A stretch of 64,000 nt of DNA from Mobula hypostoma. Taxonomy: Eukaryota. The stretch spans positions 70,186,001-70,250,000 of the forward strand of contig NC_086097.1 in NCBI RefSeq assembly GCF_963921235.1. The letters are read 5' to 3'. Positions within the stretch are counted from its first letter, which is position 1. Each line of letters opens with the position of its first letter. Below the pieces are notes generated by a model. The model was not told the origin of the DNA, did no database searches, and saw only the letters and a program-made list of their open reading frames with translations. Position numbers and translations under genes: made by a program. Shown here one piece after another: positions 1 to 13,068 of this stretch.

Positions 1-697
1 CGCAATCGGAAATCGGCACTGATCTGGGCCGACGTTTATGTGCCGAGCGGCACCTAATGAATTAGCATGTTTGTTTTGGCTTTTTACTTAAAGATGTGCT
101 GTGTGCCTCCCAGCTACCGCTGCACCCCTGCATGCTTTGCGGTTCGGTATCGGTCGGTGGCCTGGAGGGTGGGGGCCACTGCACCACCCAATCTCCGATG
201 ACTCAGTCTAACACACCATCATCAGTGTGCTTGGCGCTGTCCCGATTCCGGTAAGTGATACTACACTGTACATACATTATTTCTACTTTATATAGGCTGT
301 GTATTTTTACGTGTTATTTGGTATGATTTGGCAGCTTCATAGCTTAAAGGTTACTGGACAGAGTGTTTTTGCCAACAGCGCTTGCGTGAGATTTTCTGCC
401 AACGGCGCTTACATGAGATTTCCGCTACGGAGAACAGTGCAGTAATGATTGTGGAAAAGTGTTTCTACTTTATATAGGCTGTGTATTTGTCATATCATTC
501 CTGCTTTTGCTATATGTTACTGTTATTTTAGGTTTTGTGTGTTATTTGGCATGATTTGGTAGGTTATTTTTGGGTCTGCGAACGCTCACAAAATTTTCCC
601 ATATAAATAAATGGTAATTGCTTCTTTGCTTTATGACATTTCGGCTTACGAACCGTTTCATAGGAACGCTCTACCTTTGGATGGCAGGGGAAACCTG
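1..697. mobile_element. Probable non-autonomous Tc1/mariner (pogo/Tigger-like) element, cut by the window edge
   Basis: Ends ...ggggaaacctg followed by TA, directly abutting the RTE coding sequence; internal imperfect direct repeats (tttctactttatataggctgtgtattt near 280 and 462). The other TIR is not visible. Confidence 0.45.
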
Positions 698-699
698 TA

Positions 700-1990
700 T
701 TCATTTCCAGTTCTCTGGCTACTGTCTCCACCATCACTTGTCTTTGCCTTCCTCTTGCTTTCTTCCCTTCAATCTTTCCCATAATTACCGTGCATTCTAA
801 CTCCTCTTTCCTAATCACATGTACAATGAAGTTATGTTGCCTTTTCATGATCTCATACATTATTTCTCTTTCTGTGCTTGCTCTGTTCATGACATCCTTG
901 TTAGATATTCATTTCGTCCATGATATTCTTTTGCATCCTCCTCAAAAACCACATCTGTGCTGCTTCAATTCGTTTCCTCATGTTACTAGATATTGTCCAA
1001 CATTCTGATCCATATAACTTAACTGAACAAACATAACATTTCAGTACTCTGAGACAGGCTGTCATGCCTAGCTTAGTGCTGGTCATTATACTCTTCATCC
1101 TCATAAAGATGTCTTTTGCCATCCCTATTCTTCTTTTGATGTCCATGTCGCACCTGCCATCTGATGTCACCCAGCTTCCTAAGTGGCAAAAGTTCTGTAC
1201 TTGTTTTATGTCTTCCCCGTTTATTTTCAGCCTACAGACAGGATTTTCCTTCTTTTTGGATATCACCACACATTTTGTCTTTTTGCGATTGATAGATAGA
1301 CCAATTTTTGCACTTTCTTTAACAACTATATCAATTAAGTTTTGTAGTTCTTCCTCCGTACTTGCAATTAGCACAGTGTCATCTGCATACCTGAAATTAT
1401 TGATGTTTTCACCACCAACTTTGATTTCCAAGATGTCTCTTATTTTTTTGTAATATTGTTTCACTGTACACATTAAATAAATCAGGGGAGAAAACACACC
1501 CTTTGTCTATCCCCTCTCTTGATTTTCATAAACTGACTCACTTCTCCATCTATTCTTACAGCAGCAGTTTGTTTCCAGTACAGATTTCTGATTAGGCAGA
1601 GGTCTTACGAATCTAGATCTAGAGTTTCCTGTAATATTTCAAATAACTTATTGTGCTTCACTTTATCAAATGCTTTTGTGTCGTCGATAAAACAAACAAC
1701 CAAATCTTTTTGCACTTGAATAGCTCGTTCTGATAGTATCCTTAACATCAATATCGCGTTTCTTGTACCTTTGTCTTTCACAAAACCACATTGTTCTTTA
1801 CCTATTTCAGCTTGTATCTTAGTTTTCGCTCTTGTCATCAACATTCTTAGAAGTATCTTAGTGATATGACTCATTAAACTTATGGTCCTATGTAATTCAT
1901 ATTCTATTGCTCCAGGTTTCTTAGGAAGAGTGATAAGTATTAAGTTTTTTCATCTTCTCTGGTATTATTAGAGTCTCACAAATGTCACTG
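700..1990 (-). mobile_element. RTE-clade LINE fragment (decayed RT)
   Basis: ORF pieces 1605..1874 (EQCGF...GTRNAI...FIDDTKAFDKV), 901..1497 (RYADDTVLIA...F.HLGS) and 564..890 (GKIEGKKARGRQR). Confidence 0.88.
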
Positions 1991-2889
1991 ATTTTGCATT
2001 ACTTGTATAGCTTAATCATAGAGTTAAAAGTAGAGCCCCACCTTGTTGAAATTCCCAGTGTAATTTGGCTGTTGGAGTTTGCACTTGGATGAACCTGATG
2101 AAGCATTCCTGAACCTACTTATTCATGTTCTTGGGAAATACTAAAGTACGGCAAGAAAGAAAGATAACTTTTTAATGCTTTTAATTAGTTAAATTATTAA
2201 TTTTAGCTAGCTTTTAAAAGCGATTTTTTATATGTTCAAGACTCTGAAAAAAATAGCTAGTAAAATGACCTTGTCATCATAGCTTTTTTTTGGTAGCTGA
2301 AAGGAGGGCTATTTTGTATATTGTTCAAAGCCCTAGTTATCCTCAGGCCTCATTTCTGGAGTCCAGAACACTGGCTTAGTAAGCAAAAGAACCAACACCA
2401 CCCTCCCCCCCCCCAACATCTGGATCAAAACTGAGTAACAAAAGCACAGACATGGATTTTTTAAATTAAAAAGGTCAAGAAAAGCAGAAATGCAAAAATA
2501 AATTTAGCATTTACAACTAATTTCCTTCCCGCAAAATTCGTACAATCTACTTGCAAATAAAGCACTTAAATGTTGGAGAGGCTAAAAGGTCTTGTTCATT
2601 CAAGACAATTGCATTGAGGTGTCTGTGCAGGAGTCTTCAAAGTTACCAACATTTATGTTTAGAACTGCTGATGTTTCCACATGGAGCTACAAGCAAATCC
2701 TAGAAAATGTGAGCCATTACTTGGTAGGATTAAGTGGTGATGGACATTAATAAACATTCTTGAAATATAAAGGAAATATTTTTGCAAATACTTTTATTCT
2801 GAAAATTGACCTAAATTTGTGATGTTATTTTTATTTCATTTGCATACCACAAATTGTCACATATGTGCATAAATTTTCAATGACATTAC

Positions 2890-3805
2890 TGGTGATACTA
2901 AGACAGGTGGCGTTGTGGATAATGAAGCAGGGTTTCAAAGCTTGCAGAGAGATTTAGGCCAGTTAGAAGAGTGGGCTGAAAGATGGCAGATGGAGTTTAA
3001 TGCTGAAAAATGTGAGGTGCAACATTTTGGTAGGACTAATCAAAATAGGACATACATAGTAAATGGTAGGGCATTGAAGAATGCAGTAGAACAGAGGGAT
3101 CTAGGAATAATGGTGCATGGTTCCCTGAAGGTGGAATCTCATGTGGACAGGGTGATGGAGAAAGCTTTTGGTATGCTAGCCTTTATTAATCAGAGCATTG
3201 AGTATAGGAGTTGGGATGTAATGTTGAAATTGTATAAGGCACTGGTGAGGCCAAATTTGGAGTAATGTGTATAGTTCTGGTCACCAAATTATAGGAAAGA
3301 TGTCAATAAAATTGAGAGAGTACAGAGGAGATTTATTAAAATGTTGCCTGGGTTTCATCTCCTAAGTTACAGAGAAAGGTTGAACAAGTTAGGTCTTTAT
3401 TCTTTGGAGCATAGAAGGTTGAGGGGGGACGATAGAGGTATTTAAAATTATGATGGGGATAGATAGATTTGACGTGGATAGGCTTTTTCCATTGAGAGTG
3501 GGGGAGATTCAAACAAGAGGACATGAATTGAGAGTTAAAGGGCAAAAGTTTAGGGGTAACATGAGAGGGAACTTCTTTACTCAGAGAGTGGTAGCTGTGT
3601 GGAACGAACTTCCAGCAGAAGTGGTTGAGGCAGGTTCGATGTTGTCGTTTAAAGTTAAATTGGATAGATATATGGACAGGAAAGGAATCGAGGGTTATGG
3701 GCTGAGTGCAGGTTGGTGGGACTAGGTGAGAGTAAGAGTACGGCACGGACTAGAAGGGCCAAGATGGCCTGTTTCCGTGCTGTAATTGCTATATGGTTAT
3801 ATGGT
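2890..3805 (+). mobile_element. CR1 LINE, 5'-truncated
   Basis: LQRDLGQLEEWAERWQMEFNAEKC, LYKALVRPNLE, TRGHELRV, FFTQRVVAVWNELP; 3' tail of tatatggt repeats. Confidence 0.92.
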
Positions 3806-3984
3806 AATTACTGATGGAATAAATAGGCGAAAGGAAAGATTTGAAGCACAGTGATCTTTACGATACATTGAAAGCCATAAAGATAGATATTTTTGATGAA
3901 GTTTAAGATCTTGAAAAGAACGTTAAATAAAATAGTATTTTGATATCAATGCAAATTTATTTAGTCCTGACAGTTGGCTAAAAG

Positions 3985-4912
3985 GTGTTGGCTGTTGGGT
4001 TAATAAATTTGCTAATGACACAAAGGTGGGGGCTGTTATGGATAGTGTGGAGGGTTGGCAGAGGTTACCGCGGGACATCGAAAGGATGTAAAACTGGGCT
4101 GAGAACTGGCAGATGGAGTTCAACCCAGATAAGTATGAGGTGAGAGGATCAGAGGGATCTAGGGATCTAGGGGTCTGAGTCCATAGAACACTCAAAGCTG
4201 CTGCACAGGTTGACTCTGTGGTTAAGAAGCCATACAGTGCATTGGCCTTCCTCTACCGTGGGAATTGAGTTTAAGAGCCGAACGGTAATGTTGCAGCTAT
4301 ATAGGACCCTGGTCTTAATAAAAAGATTGGAAAAGAAAAGAAAAAAGAAAGAAAGGACCCTGGTCAGACCCCACTTGGAGTACCGTGCTCAGTTCTAGTC
4401 ACCTCACTACAGGAAGGATGTGGAATCTATAGAAAGGGTGCAGAGGAGATTTACAAGGATGTTGCCTGGATTGGGGAGTATGCCTTATGAGAATAGGTTG
4501 AGTGAACTTGGTGTTTTCTCCTTGGAGCGGCAGAGGATGAAAGGTGACCTGATAGAGGTGTATAAGATGATGAGAGGCATTGATTGTGTGGATAGTCAGA
4601 GGCTCTTTCCCAGGGCTGAAATGGCTAGCACGAGAGAGCACAGTTTAAGGTGCTTGGAAGCAGGTACAGAGGAGATGTCAGGGTAAGTTTTTTTTTACGC
4701 AGAGAATGGTGAGTGCGTGGGATGGGCTGCCAGTGACGGTGGTGGAGGCAGATACGATAGGGTCTTTTAAGAGACTCTTGAATAGGTACATGGAGCTTAG
4801 AAAAATAGATGGCTATGGGTAACCCTAAGTAATTTCTAAAGTAAGTACATTTTCGGCACAGCATTGTGGGGCGAAGGGCCTGTATTGTGTTGTAGGTTTC
4901 CTATGTTTCTAA
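3985..4912 (+). mobile_element. CR1 LINE, 5'-truncated (second subfamily)
   Basis: aaatttgctaatgacacaaag (KFA[D]DTK), RTLVRPHLEY, ERVQRRFTRMLPG; tail tttcctatgtttcta. Confidence 0.9.
4315..4353 (+). mobile_element. 39-nt insert resembling an L1 3' terminus
   Basis: Flanked by perfect 12-bp repeat aggaccctggtc (4303-4314, 4354-4365); aataaaaagatt plus A-rich tail matches the 3' end of the L1 at 14890. Confidence 0.7.
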
Positions 4913-6434
4913 CATAACAATCAAGATTTTCAATTCAAAGTTAACTTTAGATGATTTAATTCTTCAAAAGAGATCTGAAATATTGATTTGCCCAAGGAAT
5001 GCTTATTTTTATTGAGGAAAAGGCTTAGCTACAGACCACTTTTAAAGCCACTGTAAATGTAACCTGCAACAATAAATAGTGGCATGCCAACTCAACATGA
5101 AGTTTTGTTATCTCTGAACAAACATAAGGGATTTGGAGAGATTACAAAATATTTCTCAACAAGTAAATATATTTTATACATGTCAAAATATACAGCAGCC
5201 ACAATCTTGAGTTTAATCTTCCTTAATTATTACCTATGGGTAGTTTCCAATTTTATGGTAATATGTACACCTTACTCTGTATATAACAGCAAGAAAGAAT
5301 GAGAAAATTTAATAACATCACATTAAGCCAGTTCTGAATAAAAGATGGTGTGAGCAGAGCTTCTATATATCAGTCACAAAACTTAATACATTATTAGAAT
5401 TCATTTTTACAAATGAAACCCAATAATGCTATTTTTAACTTTGTTCTACACAAATTCAGAGATAACAATAAAGCACATTAAGTGTACATTCTACTTGCTA
5501 TAAACTGAGATTTTTTGATCTATTTGGCACAAATGAAATTGATACAAGGAATTGCATTAACTTCTGGAGATCTCGCAATGATATCAAAATTATGATATTT
5601 GTTCATATTTATAAGTACCTTCTTGCTTAATATGAGGCAACCAAGGTTAAGGAATATCACTTTCTCCTTTCTCTCTGTGTCTGATGAAAGTAGGAGGTAC
5701 TTAGCCCGAGTGGATAGTATTGATGTATAAATTTAAATACTTAGGCCAGAATTTGATTAGCATTTTATTGATCATTACAGAAAAGCTACTATTGTCTACA
5801 GCCTTTGTGTATGTTTGTAGAAATATCAATGGAATCATGGCAGATACAGAAGATCACCTGCACATTTGGTGAAAATTTTTTAATTGGTTAATACAATGGC
5901 AACCTGGCTTCCAATTGGTGCAGGTGCATGGCAGGCTCTTGGTGTGCCAATTTTCAAGTAAAGTGGCCTACCTTATGTTTCCCCTTAAAATGATATGATT
6001 CTCACTCTTAATGGGAAGGCTATGGATCAAGTGCTCCAAGACTTGAGCACATACTTCTAAGTCGATACTTCAATGCAGTAGAGGGAATGCTGACTGGAGG
6101 GGTAACAGATATATGGAAGAGTATGGGGGCAAGAGGGGGCTACAGATATCGAGAGAGGTGTGGGACTACAGGGATCACAGATGTACAGCATACTATCTTT
6201 CTGATCAGGTTTTAACTTGACCTCTCATTTCCCTTTCAGATGGATATGAAAACCTCATCACAATATTTGATGGACTACAAGATGGCCAAAATTCTCCTCT
6301 CAACAACACCAAAATAAATTTTAATAGCGAGAAAACTAACTTACTGGTGTGGAATTGAGACTTCCATTGTAGGTTACACTGCATGACACAGGGAACAGTA
6401 ACTCAAAAATTACGTATTTATTGTTAAATGTGGA

Positions 6435-6807
6435 AGTTGTCAGGGTGGAGATACATCTCTACCAAAGGAAGTATAAGGTGCTCCTTCCCGCTGCTAGCCT
6501 GCAGGTCACTCTTGGACAAGGTGTAGCACCTGCCTAGCCCCCTGTCAAGGTTATGTGAAGCCATGGAAACAGGTGGTGGATGGTCGTATGAGCAGTTGGT
6601 GCATATCACAAGTCCTGGTTATGTGACCACTGACGCCAGGCAGACAATCTCTGAAGAATATTGATAATGGCAGGGGTTACACATCTTGTAAAGACATTGC
6701 CCAGAAGAAGGCAATGGCAAACTGCTTCTGTAAGTTTGCCAAGAACAATCATGGTCATAGACCATGATTTACCATTGGCACATAATGATGATGACGATGA
6801 AATATGA
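6435..6807 (+). mobile_element. Short non-autonomous retroelement, probably RTE-mobilised
   Basis: About 370 bp; (gat)n tail; 9-bp flanking repeat aaatgtgga (6426-6434, 6808-6816). Confidence 0.6.
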
Positions 6808-6932
6808 AAATGTGGACATCTTATTACCATTTAAGAACTAATCAACTCTTTAAAATTAAATGGTGTTTTGAAAGCTTTTCAAAATGAAAGCAGAAAATAA
6901 TTTTAGTTGCAGAATATTAAGCTAAAACTTGC

Positions 6933-7003
6933 CTCTGAAGGTGGCTGGGGTGAACTGATGTAGTAAATGATAAACAACCTCATTTTATCTTCAGGGGTAC
7001 CTC
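6933..7003 (-). CDS. SCFD1: SCFD1 coding exon (probable exon 16), followed by a GC donor
   Basis: (G)GTPEDKMRLFIIYYISSPQPPSE; tag acceptor; donor GAG|gcaagt; 71 nt. Confidence 0.9.
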
Positions 7004-7349
7004 CTACAAAATGAAAGCAAAATATTTTTCAGAACAATAAAAAAAAGCAAAGAAATTGCTATTTTGCAGACTGTTTCAGAACTGATATTGAAATAATAAC
7101 TAATAAGTTTCTAATGACAGACAAATTTATTTCTGAGCTTCATCAATCATTCATGAAATATGCACAAGTTTTTAGTTTTTAAATACACTGAAGCCTTTTA
7201 AGTTAGAAAATCTAATATAAGCTATTAATGGCACTTCGCAGTACGATGTAAATTCTACCTATGTAGTGTGTCAGAACATACAGCCTGTGCTTTCTCTAAG
7301 GTTGCATATGATCTGAAGATCAGTCTTCAATTATAAACATAATAGTTAC

Positions 7350-7446
7350 CATCAGGATCGGATATCATATCCAGTAGGGATTTGTCCAGTGTGGACTTGC
7401 TCATCAACTTTTCCTCATATTCAAAATAGACATCTAGTTTTCGAGC
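7350..7446 (-). CDS. SCFD1: SCFD1 coding exon (probable exon 15)
   Basis: ARKLDVYFEYEEKLMSKSTLDKSLLDMISDPD; tag acceptor, gtaac donor; 97 nt. Confidence 0.95.
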
Positions 7447-9477
7447 CTAATAGGGAAAAAAAAATTACCAAACATTACCAGCTTCAGGATTTCTACGGGA
7501 CATTTTTAGTAGGTGAAGGTATTTAAAATCAAAAACTTTCACAAAAAAAAAGCAATGATGTGTGATAATGATAACAATAGGTAGCTAAACTTTCACAAAG
7601 AAACCTAAATCAGCAGATGTAATTGATTAAACTGCTGGTTAACGGAAAAAGAAACAACTGAATAAAAATCAGATGAGGAAATTGGAGGAAAAGTACAGCT
7701 TCCATCAAAAAGTTCAAAAGAGCAGTGAATTTAGCATTGAAGTACGAATGTCCTTACACAATCCAAAAATGTTAACCTCAAAAGAAACAGAGAGCTAAAC
7801 ATCCTGTCTGAACTGAAATGTTTATCATTTTCATTGGGAGTCTGTTAAGAACACAAAACACACACAGAATCCAACATCTATAACGCAATCCTCAACCTTC
7901 ATAGGGGCATTTTATTTTATAGTCCCCAAAACTCTCAAATTTTTTTATTCCTAATTGAGGATTGTAAATTAGTTGGAACTGTAATTGTCATTTTTTAAAA
8001 TTTAGGTACTAATAGCTGACCAAAAAACCATTTTGATTCCATTACATTGATTTAGGTTCAAACACAGGAAAAAAATGTTACACGTATTCCTCTATTACAA
8101 GCAAAATTAACATCCAACTAATCTGGTTTCAGCAATTAAATATTTTGAAATGACTCTTAATAGATAGGTAGCCAACATCATATATGTATAAATTTAAATT
8201 CAAGCAGTAAAATACTGGAAGAAACTTCAGGGATAGAAGGTAACAGAAAATGATAAGAGAAAAAAAATGGAATAGTGGCTTATTGTAAGTGACGATGAAT
8301 CTAATTCATTTACAAAAGTAAGCAGGTATTCATCAGGGAGATAGGTATGTTTGTGCCCAAAGCTTTAAATTATATTTGCTTCTGTGCTATGTTATGGGGT
8401 TACAATACTATAGACATTGAAACAAACATTCTGTAGGGCTAACTCTCTGCCAAAGGCAGCCCAGCATCCAAAAGATTAAGTGAAGTTTAATCAACACAAT
8501 TTCTTCCCCAAGATTCTTCCCCTTTTTTGTACATAGAAAAATTGTGTTGGGCAGGTATGTTACTCTTCAGTATCTGAAACATTATAGTAGTTTGGAACAC
8601 AGACTGACAGGGCAGCAGTGTATTCCTAGAGAGGTCTAATCCACACAGAGTTGCCACAGGTTTACTATCCTTGAATGACCACAGGAAGAAAATCAGGAAA
8701 GGGAACCCCAGCTTATTTTTAACTTTGCTAGCTAACTATGATGAGAACTGCCTATTAGGTCTTTATTATACACAAACCTGAAATCTAACCTTGGTCATGT
8801 GATTTAACATCATACCTGGCAAGTTATGTGAAATTTAGAAGCTGTGTTTTTTTTTCCAGTGAGGGAACTCAGTTATACAGTATGTTTCCATTTTCTATTA
8901 CTGTTCTTGCACCCTTGACCCTACCAAAGCATCATCTTCCTTAATCCATTCTGTATTGTTCTTAGTTATGAAGGGAGCATCATACAACCCATATAAATTT
9001 CGCAGGCAAAATTTCTTTAATTATTAAACGCACAGGAAAGAGGCAATTTATCAAAACAGAATTAGAGGTTCATGATAGACAATTTTTTTTTCCATTTGAT
9101 AAACTACTGATAATATAGTCTCGCGGTTTTCAAAGTTGGGTGCTGAAAGCATCAGTTATGCATTAATCGTTCATAAATTCTTCCAATATGCTAAGACTTG
9201 CTCAATACATCCACATTGCGGGTTTTGGTTTCAGTACACTGGGACATATAACTTCACAATCTCTCAGGTTTCCAAAAATGCTTCCAAACCCTTTCTGTCA
9301 AATTAGATGTCAAAGGCCTAAGTTGATTTATTTCTTGTTTTCTTTCGACAGAAATGTTGGCAAGCGATACAAGACAACATGTACTGTTTTGTGCTCCAAA
9401 CTCAGCAGCTGGATCAATCACTTGACAGGAGTTACACTGTACCTAAGTCAGAAAATGACTCTGCTGGCTCACTAGAC

Positions 9478-10701
9478 CAGGGGTCCCCAACCTTTTTTGC
9501 ATTGCGACTGGTTTAATATTGACAATATTCTTGCGGACCAGCCGACTGGGGGTGGGGGGGGGGGGTAGAGTTGCCAACAAACAAGAGTAGCAGAGTAGCA
9601 GTCAAATGCGTTGTTTACCCAAAAGACTACAATGACCATGAAGCCTTGCGCGGGCACCAATGCACATGCGCGTCGTGACCTGCTGATTCCTCCCCCCCAC
9701 GCCCCCCAGCAAATCCTTTTTGGCGATTCTGTTGGTGGGGTGGGTGTTAATCACTACTGGAATATAGGTGATAAGTGGGTAATATACTCAATTTTGTTTC
9801 TAAAAGGGTTTATCTAACGAATTTAATATTAAACACACAGCACATATTTTCCTCGCATGGATATAATGATAAGTCAATTATCAGGGGAGCTTGAAGTGTT
9901 GAACGAACTTCCAGTAGAAGTGGCAGAAGCAGGTTCGATACGATCATTTACAGAAAAATTGGATAGGTATATGGACAGGAAAGGAATGGAGGGTTATGGG
10001 CTGAGTGCAGGTCGGTGGGACTAGGTGAGAGTAGCGTTCGGCACGGACTAGAAGGGGAGAGATGGCCTGTTTTCGTACTGAAATTGTTATATGGTTATAT
10101 AGGTCACTTATAAGTCAATAACATCATAACATTTTAAGTAATATTTGGATATTAAACGCACAGCAAATATTTTCCCCGTATGAACATATAAAATCATTGC
10201 AACACATCAGTATCGCTGAATAAGTGGGAGCACTGGGCTTGTTTCCCTGCAACAACACCGTTCTATCGAAGGGTGATGGGAGACAGCGATACTCGAACGG
10301 GGTTCCTGATGTCCAATCTATTCCGCAGTTTAGTTTTCGTTGCATTCATTGCAGAAAACTCCGCTTCGCAGAAAAATGTTGGAAATGGAAGCAACGTTTT
10401 CAGTGTTCGTGGCTATCTCAGGATATTTAGCCTTGACTTTGATCCAAAATGCCGACAGAGATGTTATGTCAAACATACTTTTCAGCCCGTCGTCATTTGC
10501 AAGCTCGAGGAGTTGATCACCTTCCCGCCCTGACACGGATGACGCGCGGGTCATGACCTCGCATGCATAATGGCTGATCAGTGGTCGTGACAGGGAATGA
10601 GGAAAGGTGCAGCTGATCAAATTATATCGCTTCCTTGCGGCCCGGTAGCGCAGGCTCTGCGGCCCGGTACCGCTCCGCGGCCCAGTGGTTGGGGACCGCT
10701 G
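9478..10701 (-). mobile_element. hAT (Charlie/Buster-type) internally deleted DNA transposon
   Basis: TIRs caggggtccccaacc / ggttggggaccgctg; 8-bp TSD cactagac / cattagac; transposase C-terminal remnant on the minus strand ~10200-10525 (QLLELANDDGLKSMF...FWIKVKAKYPEIA). Confidence 0.88.
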
Positions 10702-11574
10702 CATTAGACAACAACTTGCCTGTTACGGTGGCACACTCAAATGACAGATGCTATTCAGTTAGAAGACTACAAAGTTACTAAATTGCTTATTCAATGGTGG
10801 CGCTCACTCAAACTAATTTTTGGTCTTTTGCTCCTACTTTTTATGTTCTTATTAGAAAAGTAGCTATTATTTTATTTATATTGCTTATCAATGACATTAA
10901 ATCTCTCTTTTGAATAATGGAATATCAGCTGAATAACTGAGGCATTTTACTGAGGCAAGCAGCATCAGCAACTGGCCATCCAAAGTCAAGTGTATCATGA
11001 ATTAATTATAGATAATTCTCTCTGTATTCTGGTTACAATAGATGCTTTAATCTTAATTTATTGTTAAGATTTATTGCTTCTTGAATTGAAATTGCTAAGT
11101 TAGTTCTAGATTAGGACCCACTACTGCAAACTTTCAAAATTACACAGAACCAAAATGAAAGTTAGAGAAATTAGGATTGTTTCAGACATAATTGATATCA
11201 CTGAAGAAGAACCATCAAAGCTTCAAACAAGATTTGATAGGACATGTTCTAAGTCACTCTGTTAGCTAATTTTTCATACTTACTTTCAACAGTTTCTGTT
11301 TAAAACACACATTTGTCCTTGTAATAAAATATGCTATAGTAAATTTTTTCCACAAATAAGATTATTGCACATTGAAGGCTGTCAAAGATCAATTAAAGTA
11401 ATTTATTTAAATACAGTAAAATTAAAAACCTACTGTCTCATATCCAAATGCAATGATTCAGAAATGGTAACCTCACTGGTTATGTACACTAACTGATGTG
11501 TCATTTAAAGCAAAGGTGGATTTAAAAAATGACATTATATGAAAAGGAACTCTCTGATGAAATTACTTTATGGA

Positions 11575-11850
11575 TGGCATGATGACATAGCAATTAGTGC
11601 AATGCTTTACAGCATCAGCTGTACGATTGGAGTTCACATCCCACCGCTGGCTAAAAGGACCTGTACATTCTCCTTGTGACTATGTGGGTTTCCTCCCACA
11701 TTTCAAAGATGTATGGATAGGGTAGTGAGTTGCGGACATGCTATGTTGGTGCCAGAAAGTCTGGCGACGTGTCCTCATTTGATTTGATACAAACAATGTA
11801 TTTCAGTGCATGTTATGATGGACATGTGACCAATAAAGCTTATCTTTTAA
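11575..11850 (+). mobile_element. Decayed tRNA-derived SINE (V-SINE-like)
   Basis: tRNA-like head with degenerate B box (ggagttcacatccc), core tgtacattctccttgtgactatgtgggtttcctccca, tail aataaagcttatctttt. Confidence 0.55.
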
Positions 11851-11885
11851 TCTTTATAAATGGCACATTTCAATAAAGATTGTAC

Positions 11886-11967
11886 CTTAATATGTTCTAA
11901 GACAGCCGTTGCCACATTTGTATGAAGATCAATAAGTCTTTTTTTCTGCAGAAGTTCAGGGAGAGAG
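11886..11967 (-). CDS. SCFD1: SCFD1 coding exon (probable exon 14)
   Basis: (S)SLPELLQKKRLIDLHTNVATAVLEHIK; aag acceptor, gtac donor; 82 nt. Confidence 0.95.
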
Positions 11968-13068
11968 CTTTAAGGAAAATAGATACAACATTTAAAAAGA
12001 ATCTTCAATATCAGAATTACAAAATTTAGCTTCGTTGCAGTTCATTATTATTGCTTTTGTAGAATAGACCAAGAAATAACAAAATTTTGCTAGTAGTTTG
12101 AAACGTAATGAACAAAAAATCAGCTAACTTTATTTCCTCATGGATTTACTAGGCCAGCAAGGAAATTACAAGCTTACAGAGGATAAAACTTCATTACCAG
12201 CTAGCATTAGAAAATAAATAGAACAGAGCAGATAAAACAACTTCTAAAACTATATACTGCATTTAATATAAACATTGATTGTTTTATAAATGGATGTATA
12301 AAAATTTTAAACAACTTAGGAATCAGAGGGATAGAGTGGATTAAAGCACAGACTTTATTGGTAGTTGAGAGTATGGAATTAGCACTTCCACCATTGGGAA
12401 GCTTTAAGTTGACATAGAAATTTGTGACGGTGAAAAATTGACAAAAAGTCAAACTTAAAATATGGTTCTGTGAGAGAGAAAATGCAAAAGCTGAAAATGC
12501 AGGGCACATTCAGCAGTTTGGCAGTATCTGTGGAAAAAGAGTTACTGATTCAGGTCCAAGACTCTTCTTCCTATGTGGGAGAGAAAATAAGTTAGCTTTA
12601 AGTAGCAATGCAGGAGATGGGATGGATAAAACAAAGGGAATATCTCTTTAGGCTGAGACAAATACTCCCACGGATTTAAGATTGTTGATGAAGCAATGAA
12701 GTCTGGTAATAATGATTAAGTATGTCCATATAAGGTTTTGGACATATTATAAACATACACAATGATCAAGTCTCTTGATCACCGTGGCTTTCATTTGCTT
12801 TAGTTCTGCAACCTTTTATTGCTTTGTATTCCTCCTTTTATCATGGGAGCTAATACTAATATATTTAAGTTACCTGGTTCTTGTGAATGCATTTTTGATA
12901 TCTTCATCAGTTTTCACATAGCAATACAATTTTTCCATATTCTGCTCCAGCAAGAAAATATCAGATTGCTTCCGAAGATGACAGACACTTCTCAAAGTTA
13001 TCTAAAATTCCTTAAAATCCCAAACTGCTTCAATTATAAAAGCAAGAATATGGATATCAAGAGAATTA

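Noticed and set aside
1..6900. Next SCFD1 exon (ADLEQY...YIKQW-like)
   Set aside because: No matching sequence found by eye; it probably lies left of the window.
8590..8830. Possible ancient SINE relic
   Set aside because: Only a vague resemblance; no boundaries or motifs I can support.
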